A stretch of 64,000 nt of DNA from Adineta vaga (GCA_021613535.1 CP075494.1:9424001-9488000); one strand, 5' to 3'. Positions 11,843 to 25,783 are shown, numbered from the stretch's first letter. Numbers and translations are program-made. Notes: generated by a model not told the origin, from the letters alone.

Positions 11843-12067
11843 ATGTCAAATACTGCTAATTCGAACAACATTCCATCGGATACATCAGTAATAAAATCAG
11901 AAAATGAATTAGATGATCTTGTTTCTCAACTTCGTCAAACAATTAATCAAGGTGATTGGCTTGTACAGAACACATCAACAAAATGGGAACAAGAAAATCC
12001 CGAATTAGCTAAACAATGGCGTGAAGCAATGAAAGCGAATCAACCAAATGAAACTATTGAACAATAA
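11843..12067 (+). CDS. Small orphan protein (74 aa; an upstream in-frame ATG at 11795 is an alternative start)
   Basis: Protein-like ORF (ELDDLVSQLRQTINQGDWLVQ...WEQENPELAKQWREAM) with a pyrimidine-rich AG just before the ATG and AATAAA at ~12105. Confidence 0.6.
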   Translation: MSNTANSNNIPSDTSVIKSENELDDLVSQLRQTINQGDWLVQNTSTKWEQENPELAKQWREAMKANQPNETIEQ

Positions 12068-14240
12068 TAATTCTTGTGATGATCGTTTTGTCAGATTTCT
12101 TAGAGAATAAAAAAATAATTCAAGAACAATTGAAAACTGTATGAAAATGCATAGACTACTCTTGATCGAAGTATACTCCCTAGATTGAACGGATAGGGTC
12201 TAGCAAACGAGAATTCAATTCAACATATCGAATTTATTGGTAGCACGGTACATGTGATCATTTTCTTGGTCCAAAGCGATCGCTTCTATTGTGGAACTCA
12301 CATATCGTTTTTGAAGAAAAATAAATGTAAGTTTCAAGTCAAGAGATTTTTAGGACCCTCTCTCTCTCTCTCCATCCAACCTTATAAACAGGGTTCTCTG
12401 AAGACAGAATCTTATTATTAATAGATTGTCGTTGCAAATGGTCTATGTGAGTTTCACAGGTTAGTCCCTCAAGGGCTGCGCTGAATAGCTTTTTTTACAC
12501 AAAAAAGTGAAATGAGTCTCTACAGAAATTGCTCTAATGTGTTTTATTTTGTAATTGGTATGGATCAAACTCTTATTTAAATCTAAATACAGTAATATTC
12601 GTATGTAGATCGGTACAGTCTAGGGTCCAGTGAATCAACGTTCAATGAACGTTACTTGTATCTTGGTGTGATTGCAATATAAACGGCTTTTTCAAGATTT
12701 GTCTTCTCTTTTGAACCATATCTATATATTATCAACTGTTTCTTATGCACGACCGATTCATTTTCTATATGCATGCCTTGTTTGTTGCACGTGCCATAAT
12801 GAAAATGACATTATGTCATAGGTAATTCTTTAAAAATTGCAGGTAAATGGATCACTGCAGTAGAATACACTTTAGCTATAACACTTCTTTGAATTTAAAG
12901 CAAAATGACAAACTATATTACAAAGTCTACCATCTTACATTTCAAATATATCAATATACTCATTATTATGTAGGCTTCTCAGAATTAAGTAATCCTTGTT
13001 GATAGAATACGTACAAATAGATATCATCTCTTGTCTGTCTTATTATTTGCAAAAAAATGAAATGTCACAAACATAGACAAAAAAAAAGAGAAACGATACA
13101 CACATAATAAAATGAACAAAAAAGAAAAGGGAAAAGATTATAATCAACACCGTGACATACAAAGACAAAAGAAAAATCAAATAATGAATTACATTAATAC
13201 CGATGATAAATTTGGAAAGAAGACAGACATACGTACGAAGAATTAAAAATCAATACATACACATAGAAATCAAAAGGAGAAAGAAGAAAGGCTACATTCC
13301 AAAGTCAAAAAGAAGAAAACAGATGCTCATTCAGATTTGAATCGAGCAAATCATAGTAATGATACTGTTCTGTAGAGCAAAATTACAAAAAAAAACACAT
13401 GTCTAATTCGAATTCGCACATATTCTTTCAAGACGGGACAACAAATATATTCTAAACAGCACTGCTCAATGAGGTGACTATTAAAGAAAGGAAAGAAATA
13501 GACAATTTTGTACAAAAGAAAATCTGATGCGTACATCATCCAACTGTTTGATGCAATATAACAGACGACAAAAAGGAAAAGCAACACAGTCGATAGATTT
13601 TTCTTGAAAACGAAAAAGTTTGACAATAAAAATCCCTGATAAAAAAAACAAACAAAACATTTTTTTGAGGCGAAAAAAAGTAAAATGCGCACAAATATCA
13701 AGTGAAAAAAGTATGGCAAGTTGCTCATTAGATAATAAAACGAAAGTCGAAGTTTTGTTTTTCTTCTTTCAGTCCTACAAAAAAGGAAATATTATACCTG
13801 AAATATTCGTGCGCACTTGTGTACGTAGAACTTGTGTTTTTATCACTAAGACAAGAGATTCAAAAGACAACGAAAACAACAACAACATCAACAACAACAA
13901 CAAATATGTTCGAGGTCTCTACGAGGATCGTCCTGTATATTTTTATATACACATACACAAAAAAAAGGATAGAAAGAAAACTGCTAAGCAGATGAATATT
14001 TCGCTTGAATACGTAGTTTTTTTCTGTCTTTTAAAAGACATGCTGAGCAAAGCATAGCACAGAATGATCAGGATGTTTCGTTTGTTTGTTTTTTCATGCG
14101 TTTAAAACACCAGAGAAATGAAAATCAAGAGAAACAATAGATAGATAGTTGCACTATGAGCAATAGAATTCAAACAAAAATCCCTGAAGTAAAATTGAGA
14201 AAGAAAACACACAACCTGCAAATAGCAGTGGTGATAACCA

Positions 14241-16042
14241 CTAGAATGAACAAGCAGATGAAACAAGAGCAGCAGGTGTACTTGATGGTCGACTCATGGA
14301 ATTTGGACTTGATTGATGATTTACATCAGTATCATCAGGAGATGATGATGTAGATGTTGGTGGTGATAAAGACGAAATTTCATTTCGATTAAGTATAACA
14401 GTAACTGGATTATGGCTATTAGATCGAACACCATTTCGATGTCGTGGTGTTGTTGATGATGATTGTGATTCTATATTATCATCATCATCATCTTCAATAA
14501 TACCACCTTCTTCATCCGTCGTATAATCCATTGGTTCAGGTAAAGATTTATCATTTGTCGAATGCTGTTGCTGTTGCTGTTCTTTCTGATGTTGTTGTAA
14601 AATTCTTCGAAGGATTGTACGTGCATTTAATAGACGTTTATTATCTGCTGAAGAATTTGTTGATGAAACTGTACATTTGTCGGTTAAATAATTGGATAAT
14701 TGAGCATTGTTATTATGATTATTATTATTATTATTGTTGCTGTTGCTATGTGATTGGGATTGTTGTTGATGTTGAAGAGCAATTGCTTTTAAAACTGTTA
14801 ATGGTACACCTAATGAAAGAAGTTCTTCATAACTTTTTTCGTTTAATCCTAAAAATGGTTGTTTCGTTTTATCTTCTACATCTTCATTGATTGCTTGTGC
14901 ATTCGGTGATATTTCAATAATTGTTCGATCTTCATCTTCATCACTATTAATTTCATCTACGGCATGTGGCATCGAAACATTCAATGACATCCGTTCATTA
15001 TCATCATCGTCATCACCAAGACAAATATTTCGTTTAGGTTTCGAATGGCCATTATGATTATTATTATTGAGATCTTTCAAACGTTCTTCATCAAGCATTT
15101 GATAAAATTTAGAACGTTTTTTTGGTGGCATTTTACGTATACGTTCCATAAGATCATCAACATAACCGCCAACTGAATGTAATGCCAATCGTTGTTGTTC
15201 ATCCATTTCAATATCATTATCATTCGAAGTTATTTTTGTTAAACGTTGTGTTATATGATTAGTACCATTTTTAGAATTATAATGGTATGATGATGAAGAT
15301 GTTTCAGATGTTATTGATGAACCTGAACCTGTTCGAACAGATGATGATATTGGAGATGACTGACGATTAGTTGCTATGCCAGATTCATAACCACTCGAAG
15401 CATTGGATGTAGACTGAAATAGAGAAAAAAACGAAATGTATGTGTTGATTGCTCTTATCATTAAATCATAAAAATAATTGTGAAGATTACTATAATCGGA
15501 TCAAATTTTTGTGTTTGACATATCGAGAATAAGTTTGAAATTAAAATCTTACTTTCGATAAGAGAACTTCTTATTCTTTGTAATAAATATTTGAACTTAC
15601 CGAATCTTTCCTTGGTGGTACATATTCATCATGTTCATCATCACTTGGTCCACCATGACTTGTTGTAGATGAAAATCCACTTGAACGTCTGCGATAATTA
15701 TGATAAGCTGCTGTAAGTAAATCAATCTGTTGTTGTTGTGCACTAAGTGTTGATGAACCATTATTTTGATTAATTCTCTGTCTTACAAGATATGCTGATG
15801 GAATCGAACCATTTGGATATGAAGCACGTGGTACTTTATATCGAGGATCATTTGCATAATGATGTTGTTCATCATGAGAATTATTTGTTGATAAAAGTTT
15901 AAGTGTTTCAGGATTAAGATATGATGGCAATTTGTTATGGTGATCATTATTTGAATTAGATCGATTGATATAATTTTGAAGCTCATTAATCGCATTATTT
16001 GAATTTTGTTGATGATGATATTGTTGTTGTTGTTGTTGTTGT

Positions 16043-16077
<35 letters not shown>

Positions 16078-16400
16078 GGCTTGAGCTGCGGCTTGTACTG
16101 CAGCATGCCAAAATTTCGTCTGTGCTAATAATTTATTTTGTGCTGCTGCAGCTGCTGCTGCGGCTGACGAATATGATGGTGGTGAACTGCCACGTCTTTG
16201 TAACGATGGTGATAAACTATTTAGATCGGCATTTACACGTGTATTCATCGATGGAGGTACAGGTGGTAAATATGTAGTACGTTGTTGCTGTTGTTGTTGA
16301 TTAACCATCATTTTATTTGAATTGGATGAATGATGATGATGCCGATTACCATTGTATGATTGGGATTGTTGTCGATAAGATGAGAGAAGCCATTCCGCAT

Positions 16401-16431
<31 letters not shown>

Positions 16432-17766
16432 TTGTTGTCGTTGTTGTTGTTGTTCTTGTTGCTGCTGCTGCTGCTGCTGATGGTGATGTGGCTGCTGCTG
16501 TTTATATCTATCAGTACCAAGTGCAACTTTCTTTGGAATGGGAAGACCTGCTTCATTTGAATATGCTGACGAAGGATGTCGATGTGAAGCAGACGTCGTC
16601 TGTTGAGTTGTCGATTGTGATGATATTGTTTGTTGTTTATGTTTACTAAGCATTGCTGCTGTTGCTGCTTGAGAATTTAAAAATGCTCGATATGCTGCTG
16701 GATCAGTCACACCAGCTGACATCATTGCAGCAGCAACAGATAATTGATTAAGTGTTGACGATGATCCATTTCCATGTGCATGTTCATTAACACGTGTAGC
16801 TTTTGTTGTTGAAGTTGTCGAATGACGATGATAATTATTTGATAATGTCGATGAATTTGATTCAATATTGTGTTCAGAATTTACTGCTATAGTCGATGAG
16901 GTATTCAGATTTGAAACAGCCGCAGCTGCAGCAGCTGCTGCTGCGGCGGCACGTTTTCGTTTTAAACTATATTTTTTATAGGGTGAATTATTTTTAAAAG
17001 ATGGATTTATTGTCCAAACATATTTAACTGGACCTTTTGATAAGGATGATATAACAGGTACACGTATAAATTGATTGTGCAAAGATAAATTATGTCGAAT
17101 TGAATTCTATTGAACAAAAAAAGAAAAGAAATAAAAATAATGATAAGATGAATTTCAATTTTATGTTTGTTAAACAATTACCTTCCATCCCCAACTTGTT
17201 TTTGCATCGATTTTATCTTTAAAATATGGTACAAATTTAATAATCCATTCATAGACTTCATTTAATGTTAACCGTTTCCATGGACTACTATCAATAGCAC
17301 GTGTAATCAATTGAGCATAAGAGAGATTACCCCATGGATTACGATAAGTCTTATTGATACCGATTCCAAGTTCTTGTATAATTGATTTACCTAAACGTTT
17401 ATCATACTCAGCAAGTATATCACGTTTTTCTTTTCGATGACGTGGCCATGTATTAAAACGTAAACGATCACGATGTGTACTGTTACCGATGCCGGTTGAA
17501 TCAAGAAGTGAAGTACTTTGGGAAAAACGTCTGTGTGTTGGTCGAAGAGATGTTGTTGCTTGAGGAGCTTGATTATTTGAAGATGTGGGCGAGGGTGATC
17601 GATCTGAATATACCTGTCGATGACACATAGTGTCTGGTGGTGAGTCAACAATTAAGGATGAATAATCGCTTGCAGTTGAAGGAATATAATGATGATTCGA
17701 CATCTCTTCGTCGTTGTCATCATCGACAACAAGTGAAATATCAATTGGATGACGAGAATGATGCAT
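14241..17766 (-). CDS. FOXO: Forkhead box O transcription factor (~1087 aa); exons 17766-17182, 17106-15601, 15413-14241
   Basis: RLRFNTWP Akt site; RNPWGNLSYAQLITRAI...RLTLNEVYEWI...VPYFKDK...GWK|NSIRHNLSLH with the intron at the position conserved in FoxO genes; poly-Q, poly-A and poly-N tracts. Confidence 0.93.
16010..16500 (-). repeat. CAA/CAG trinucleotide tracts encoding poly-Gln in FoxO
   Basis: (ttg/ctg)n runs on the plus strand at ~16021-16077 and ~16400-16480. Confidence 0.9.
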
Positions 17767-19120
17767 AGTCGGCACTTCTTACTATCTGACCATTTGGCCG
17801 CCAATGACTGTTAACTTACAAAGCATCTGGAAAAAAAAATGAGAGAAAGAAATTCAACATTTTTTTTTCTCATGGGAACCATCTGGTGTGTGTATGCGCG
17901 TATATATATTGTGTGTATGCACGGATGCATAAATATATGTATTGATCGAAAAATACACTCGTTGCTATTACATAAGAAATAATATAGAAAAGAGAGTTCA
18001 ACTTCTCTGGGGTCTCTCGAAATGGATATAGTAAAAATGTCACCCTTAACTGCACTGCTGGCAGAAGAGAAGAAAAAAGGAACGAGGAAAAAAAAGTTGA
18101 CCCTTACACCTTCTATCGCTCGTTTGTGTGCATTCGTTTTTTTTTTCTTTTTCTCTCGTATTGCATGCATGGAAACGACGAGAGAGCAAAAACACAATCA
18201 CAGAGAGCGTCGTCCGATGATGCATTCCGCCAACGAGCACGCTTCTCGTTTTTTTTATGTTATGTGCTCAAGCGTACGTCAATATACATTTCTTTCTCAT
18301 ATTTTTTTATGCGCCTTGCTTACGCCGCGCGGCCGAAAACAAAAGGAAAGCACGACCTCTCTCTCTCTCCTTCTCTCATTCTTACATATACATATATATA
18401 CGCAACAAAAGTCATCACGAGATTTTTTTTTCTTGACGAGAAGAACGATAAGCCTGACCGCAAAAGTTTACAACAAGTAAAAGCAAGAAAAAAGAAGAAG
18501 AAGAAGAAGAAGAAGGAATTGAAAGAATAATGTTGCAAAAATACACCTAGGCAAATAAAAAGAAAAAAGCAAAGGAAGAAGAAACAATTGTTGAAATTAA
18601 CAAAAGTAATAGCAATAAAAGAATATATATACATATTTAAGAGCTCGTATATAACACATTTATTTTATTTAATATACATCTTTTTTTCTGTCTCTATTCA
18701 TTTATCAGCATTATCTCTGAAAAAAATAGAAAAATGATCTATATTTCAATATATTTCTGCGTAGAAATAAAGCAATAACATAGAGATTTTCTGCATTGAA
18801 CTTGTGGTAAACATTTATACACATATGTATTCTATCTAACTGATAAAAAAAGAAAAGGAAAAGTAATTTTGGACAATACTAACACCTTGTCATCAATTGC
18901 CTGATGTTTGTTTATTTTGCTCGAATGCTTGTATACATATATGTGATGCTTTATCGAAAGGGCATAATATGTGCGCAAAAGCGAAGAGAAATCATCACAT
19001 CATACATCCTATCCTAGTGCCCATAAGTACAAGGCTCTTTTTTCTCGTCGTTTTTTCTTTACTTAGTATTGTCACATTATCGTTGTCGCTTGTCGACCAA
19101 GCGCATGCACTTTTTTCTTC

Positions 19121-19121
<1 letters not shown>

Positions 19122-19152
<31 letters not shown>
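19122..19152. repeat. (TA)n microsatellite upstream of FoxO; similar TA/AG tracts at ~6814, ~25384, ~30878
   Basis: Directly visible. Confidence 0.9.
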
Positions 19153-19156
<4 letters not shown>

Positions 19157-22100
19157 ACATTTATCGGTTGGGTGCAAGTAGATTCTTTGAGAAGAACAAA
19201 AATCTTTTTTTTTCTCTTTTTTTTTCTCGTGCATACACATACAAACTGGTAATGGAGAAAAAAATAGCTGCTGGGTGCGAAAAGCGAACAAGGTTGTCAA
19301 TATTACGTAACGATATGCGAACGCGCGTGTATGTGAACGATCGTTCTGTTTTTATTATTGACATAATATATTACGATATGAAGTATACGTACGCTCTTCT
19401 ATTTTCTTGTTTCTATAGTAAAATACATACATTGCTTTTCTTTCTTCATATATACTCTCTTACCACCCACCTATAGTATTCATGTATAGATGAATAAAAA
19501 TGACTAAGAAATCAACTGTTTCTATTGTTACTATGTAATCAACGGGTAGTTGAAGAACAGAGGAAGATCAATTTATTTTTAGATATTAAAAATTCTATGA
19601 AGCTGTACTTTAATCTCGTTTACACACATATATATATATAAATAGATATCTATCTATTTATAACTAAGTAAAAAAGAGAAAAAAACAAGAAAACAGAAGA
19701 TTTCATCTCCATCTAAACTTTATTCTTTTCAACTCATAAATTGAATACGCATATAATGGCATTAGTTTATGAAAAAAAAGAAGAGAAAAGAAAACTTTGA
19801 GCACATAAAAAACGGATGAATGAATGTCATGATTTTATATTGTTATTGAAAGAAAAAGAACTTTAGATTAGCGTAGGCAATGTATACTATATTTTACGTC
19901 TCATTAATGGAAGAAAAGAAAAACCTGATTAACAATTCAGTAACGCCCACCTATTCTTTGAACATATTATCATTACATAACAGATTAAAGTCTAACATAC
20001 ACACTATCCAAGGAGAACAAAAACATAACGTGAAGAGAATTTGAAATTTCTCTCTATACAAAAAATTAATTTCAAATATGAATAACATGTCAATGTCATC
20101 CTGACACATTCGAGGCTACTTTAAGCATTATCTTCTCGAAGATATTAAAAATCTGTTGGTAATAAACGGATCTATTTATGTATATATGTTATAACCTTCG
20201 AACTCGATCTAAAGACTTTTTCTTCTTTTTTCCATCTCGTTCAGTTTACCAAGGACATGTGATATGATATAGTTTGTTCATCTTACACAATAACAGATAG
20301 AAATACTCGGACTTCTAGTTTCACTCTTATCTAGCAAAACATACTTCATTCAACACATAATATAACAATCAATTTTATTCATTAACCATCGATGTTTTTA
20401 TCTATAAACAGAGGGACAGAAAGAGTATGCGTGAAGAAGAAAAAAATTATAACAATAAAAAAACGAAGAAGAAGAAGAATATCACATTTTTATACTTTAC
20501 GTCAATAGGTTGAATCAATATTGGATTAACACATAATAGGAAACATCTTACGCAAAACGAATAACGATCAAAACGAAGTCAACCTATCTATCTTTCTCAT
20601 CCAAAACATATGTGACCTTCATTATTTGCCTTGAATTTCTTTATCTTAACAAAAAAAAGGGAAAAAAGAAAAGAATCGTTCTTTTTTGGTCAAGATCAGA
20701 ATGATATCTTGAATTTTGAAGAATCTTATTGTTTTATATCATCTTCCCAAGGTTAAACTCTCTTTAGGCATATAAATATATATATATATACATACAGAAA
20801 ATGTAACGATGATCATTCAACCTTCAATGTGCCAGTAACATCAACAAAGCAGCTTTCAAGGTTTGAGGATACTGTTGCTACTATTCATTGTTAATACTGG
20901 TATTTTCTTCTTTTCTTGCTTTTCCATCATAGCGCAATGATGTGTGTTCAAGAACAAATATTGCTTTCTGTATTCTTTCCTATCTTCTTCTTCTTCTTTT
21001 TCCTCTCTCGTTCTCTCTCAAAAATACACAAATGTAATCATCAACGAACGCTGATAAAAAGAATGTGTATGTATATGACGCAATCGAATGTTCTCTCTCT
21101 TTCTGATTCAATCAAGAAAACGAATACACAAGGCAAAAAGAGAAAAAAAGAAGAAAAAAAAGAAAACGAGAACTTGCCGATCGAGCGCCACTCAAGGCTT
21201 TACTCTCTGTGCCTGTGTATATAATAACCTTGAACAGCTGTTCGAACTGCCCGTTGTTGTATTAAATGAGATATTACTTTTATTCTCAAAACACAGTATT
21301 CTTTCTTTTCTTTTCTTTTCTTTTTTATTTGCCACTCATACCTCGATTACATACACATTTTTCTGCTTTTTTTTCTCTCTCATGCAATCTGCTGTTCAAA
21401 TATACATTTACGAACAAGTAACCCTGAACGGACCTTGAACTATAATGATGGTAGAAAGGGACAGTATATATATATATATACGTAAAGCAGAGAACAAGAA
21501 TAAAGAGAGAGAGAGAAAAAAAGTGAACGAGCTTCATTTTTCTTCTTCAATCAATGCAAAAACAGAAGAGAAAGAAACCTGCTGTAAACAAGAAAAGAAA
21601 ATAGAACTTGTAGAAATGTAATAATAAAAAAAGAACTCCTAGAAGATTACATCATCGAGGTTAACAATACTGCTTACCTAACATTTCAATCAGGTTTTTT
21701 TGATTCATGTTTCTACAAGCATAAAATTAATGAATGAATAGAAGAAAAGAAAAACGATAAATTTTAATGTGTTATATAAAATAAGCATCAACGATGGAAT
21801 TATTTGTGAAAAAAAAGAAAAAGAAAAGAAAAATTTTTCTTTTTTTGATCTTATTCGTATTTAAAATCGTAATGAACAACAGTAACTGATCAATTTCTAT
21901 TCAAGGATATATTCTTATGTCGTTTTGATGAACGATAATTAGTAGAAGAATGATTTATTCTATGAATAGAAAAAAGAAAAGAATTTCTGTTTTCGTAATC
22001 AATGAAGATGAACAAATTACCTATTTTATTGACCATCTCTCTTGTACACTTGGAAGTTTGCTACTATGAATGATTTGTAAGATCAAGATTTACGCAACTA

Positions 22101-22547
22101 TGTTTGTTATACGTAATAGTAGTCGTTAAAGGTAAATACATTCGAATGAAAATTCAATCTGACATCAACATTAATGTGTAATGTTGTTTCTTAGAACAAC
22201 ATTGCAACTAAAAACTATATACATGTTTTAACTTAATAAAATGTCTATCGTAATTGTTTCGTCTGTCATATTTGAGATTGATAATTCTATTTTAATATAA
22301 TCAACTTTAACTATAATTTGACAGAGTAAATCTTCTTTTGCTTGATTACACTTGTCCAGAATAATAAATGATGAATCAATCCAAATCGCCATCGATTCTG
22401 CTTACGCCCCAATATTCTGTCTCAAGAGATATAAATGACTTCTTAGGATTTTATTGATGTTATCTATTTATTTAATGACTCAAAACGTTAACATCAGCAG
22501 ATGCATGTAATAAAAAAAACACAAAACATTTCGTATGTCAATAGTTT

Positions 22548-25366
22548 TTAATTATCCATCAAAGCAAGAACAAGAACAGTACGATTTGGAATAGTGATCT
22601 AGAAAAAAAATAATGAATACATTCGAATCAGAAAAGTAGGTTCTTTTGAATTTACTATAAATGAAAATTGTCGTTCATCCCACATGATATTTTCTGGTGT
22701 AAAGATTTGTTGATCATTGATTCTATCAAGACCATCGAATGATTTTGCATCAGAGTTCAAAACAATTTTATATCTGTACAAAATAAATTGACAATATTTT
22801 GATAAAAATATGAATCATTCTTACTTTCTACTATGTTTACATCCAACACGATAATCATCAAAAGTTTTCTTTCCGTGAAAATTAAAAATAAACATTAAAC
22901 CGCGTTCACCACGTTCAAATACAATTACTTTATCAGCTTCAAGTCTTCGACTAATGAACTAAAATCAATTTGTCCTTTCATTTTCACAGATCTTCAAACT
23001 TACAGTATCTTTAGCAGATAACCATTTATATTCTTCTTCCAGATCATTCATTGCTCTATCCCATGTATTCAAATACTTATATCTCAAATTTTCATCATCA
23101 GATAAATGAAATAAACGACGAGCGTATTTGTAACTTTCATTATTTCCTACTCGAGGAAAATCTAACCATTCTGGATGACCAAATTCATTGCCTAGAGCAA
23201 AAAAACGATGGAACAATCTTTTTTTCTTTTCTCTATTCTTGAAATTTACCTTCGAAATTCAACCAACCTTCTCCACCTAATCCAAATGTCAATAAACGAA
23301 TCATTTTATGTAATGCTAATCCGCGTTCAATTACGCTTGTTCGTTCAGCAAAAACTGACATATGAGTATAGATTTGATCATCAAATAACCAATGTGATAT
23401 TGTTTTATCACCGACTAGAGCTTGATCATGACTTTCAGCATAGGCAATATTATTCTCTGACCATCGACGATTTGTTAATGTCCATGTAATATTACCCATA
23501 TGCCAATCTTCATCTTTCTTTTCTTTGAGTAATTTGATCCAAGTATCTGGTATAGCCATTGCTAATCGATAATCAAAACCAGCACCACCTTCAGCTAATT
23601 GGTCGACATAATGTTGGCATACCTGATACTTCCTTTCGAAATTAGGGGGAAAAAAAATCAATTTTATAGTAATAGAGAAGTATAAGAAAATACTTCTGCG
23701 ATTGTAATTGATTCTGGAAAAAGTGTTTGAGATACGTAATTGGCTAGTTGAAGATAATTGAATGAATCAGTATCAGTAGCTAAACCGAAATATTCATCGT
23801 ATGTACCAGAAAAACGATGTCCTATGGATAGACGAAGGATTATTTCAGATAAGTCAATGATGATTTGAAATAAAATCTACCGATTCCATGAGAATGATAG
23901 AGCATTGAAGAAACACCATCAAAACGAAATCCATCAAATTTAAATTCTTCTAACCAATATCGAATATTCGAAAGAAGAAATCGCATTACTTCACGTCTAA
24001 ATCAAAAAATAAAACTTAGTTCAAAATATTCTATAAACTTACTCCATATAATTGAAACATCGACTGTCCCAAAGAGTATGATAACCACGCGCATTATCAT
24101 GAAAAAAGCAACTTGCTGTACCATCAAACATATTCAATCCATCCTCTATGTTTTTGCAACTATGACTATGTACTAGATCTAGCAGAACAGTTAAGTCATA
24201 TTTATGTGCTTCGTCAATCAAAGCTTTCAATTCTTCGGGTGTACCAAATCGACTAAAATACAAAAACAATTGAATCAATAAACAAAATTCAACTTTATAC
24301 AAAAAATTAACCTCGAAGGAGCGAAAAAACTTGTTACTTGATAACCAAAACTAGCATAATAGGGATGTTCCATGATTGCCATCAATTGAATTGTATTATA
24401 ACCTTAATCATAGAAAAACAAATGTCTATTTTTATCCAAATATTAAGATTGAATGAATAATACCTTGTTTAATAATGCGCGGAAGAATGTTGAGACGAAA
24501 GTTTTCGTACGTAGCAATACCTTCATTTGATGAGCTGATTCCTACATGAGCTTCATAGATTTTTAATCGATCACGTTTTTTCGGTTGAGAATATTTAAAT
24601 TGATAAATTTGATCAGTTGGTGGATCATAAAATACTCCATGATATACATTGGCTTTTTCTGCTCGTTTCACATAGCGAGACCATGGAGATAGGCGATTGA
24701 CTAATTTTCCATCTGATGTTTCTATAAGTAACTAGAAAATGATAAGTTATTAATCGTTCAAAATCTATCATTGTTTTTCACTTTGATTGCTTGTCCATGT
24801 TTGATTGTGGTTGATCCATCGGACAGCGGTGGAATCGTCACTTGCCAAACACCCCATTGATCACGTGTAAATGGATATTGTCTTTCTTGCCAATTATCTA
24901 CATTTAAGTGAAGTGTCATTTTTAGACATTAATAGTAGGTTACAGACTGAAATCTCCGTGGATATACATTGCTTTTGCACCAGGTGCCCATTCTAAAATA
25001 TTGATTTCATTGGTTTGTCGATTAATTTGAATACCAAATCGTTTATATGCAGATGTAAACACATCAATTCCATGTTCTTCCGTTTCTAGTTGTTTCAAAA
25101 TTTTTTGAAAGACATAATAACTAAAAACAAAAGAAAAAAAACATCCATGATCAATGTATTGAACGATTTACTTTACCGTCGTCGAATTTCATCTTCGTAT
25201 GGAACAAGATATGGATCAAGTTTAAGTAAATGATTTAGTTGAGGTACAACGATTGTTGCAGCTTCACCTGTTGTCGGTTGTAATATCCTACAATAGAATC
25301 AATGATAGAAATTGAATAAGTTCTATCGAAAATAGACCGTTGTAAGTTGATTACTCCAGAAAACAT
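22548..25366 (-). CDS. GBE1: 1,4-alpha-glucan branching enzyme (GH13), multi-exon; apparent frameshift at ~23597
   Basis: [91 protein letters not shown]. Start at 25366 assumes a 50-nt first intron and is less certain. Confidence 0.95.
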
Positions 25367-25783
25367 TGTTCGTTGGTATTCGATATATATATATATATAT
25401 ATTTGTACTTTTCGTTTTTTTTCTAAAAGAACAGAAATACATTTGTTATCCACATTGGTTGTATTGTTTATTGATGTAATAAGGCAAGACGAGAGAGGTC
25501 GGCTTATACTGTTTTCTATCATATAATTGAATTCAATGCATAACTTATTGTAGTACCATTATTTCATTCATTATAGATAACTATTCAATCAATTTATTCA
25601 AATAAAGACAAAATCGACGCCACACACACACATAGATGAAATTATTTAGAATAATAATGCAGAAAAAAAGATTAACCACCATGTCATAACAAAACGAAAA
25701 ATTGCATAGTTTTTCTTCCTCTTCTTCTTCTTTGTATTCTTCTCGGTTTCTTTTTTCAAAGTCGACAATTGTACATCATGTGC

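Noticed and set aside
14156-17651. Antisense and alternate-frame ORFs over FoxO (poly-V, poly-N, poly-S)
   Set aside because: By-products of the trinucleotide repeats in the real CDS.
17811-21537. Many 60-150 aa ORFs upstream of FoxO (similar ones at 13351-14057, 44040-44765, 47495-48237, 50079-50387)
   Set aside because: F/I/Y/K-rich translations of microsatellite and A/T-run DNA with no motifs or splice logic; treated as UTR or regulatory sequence.
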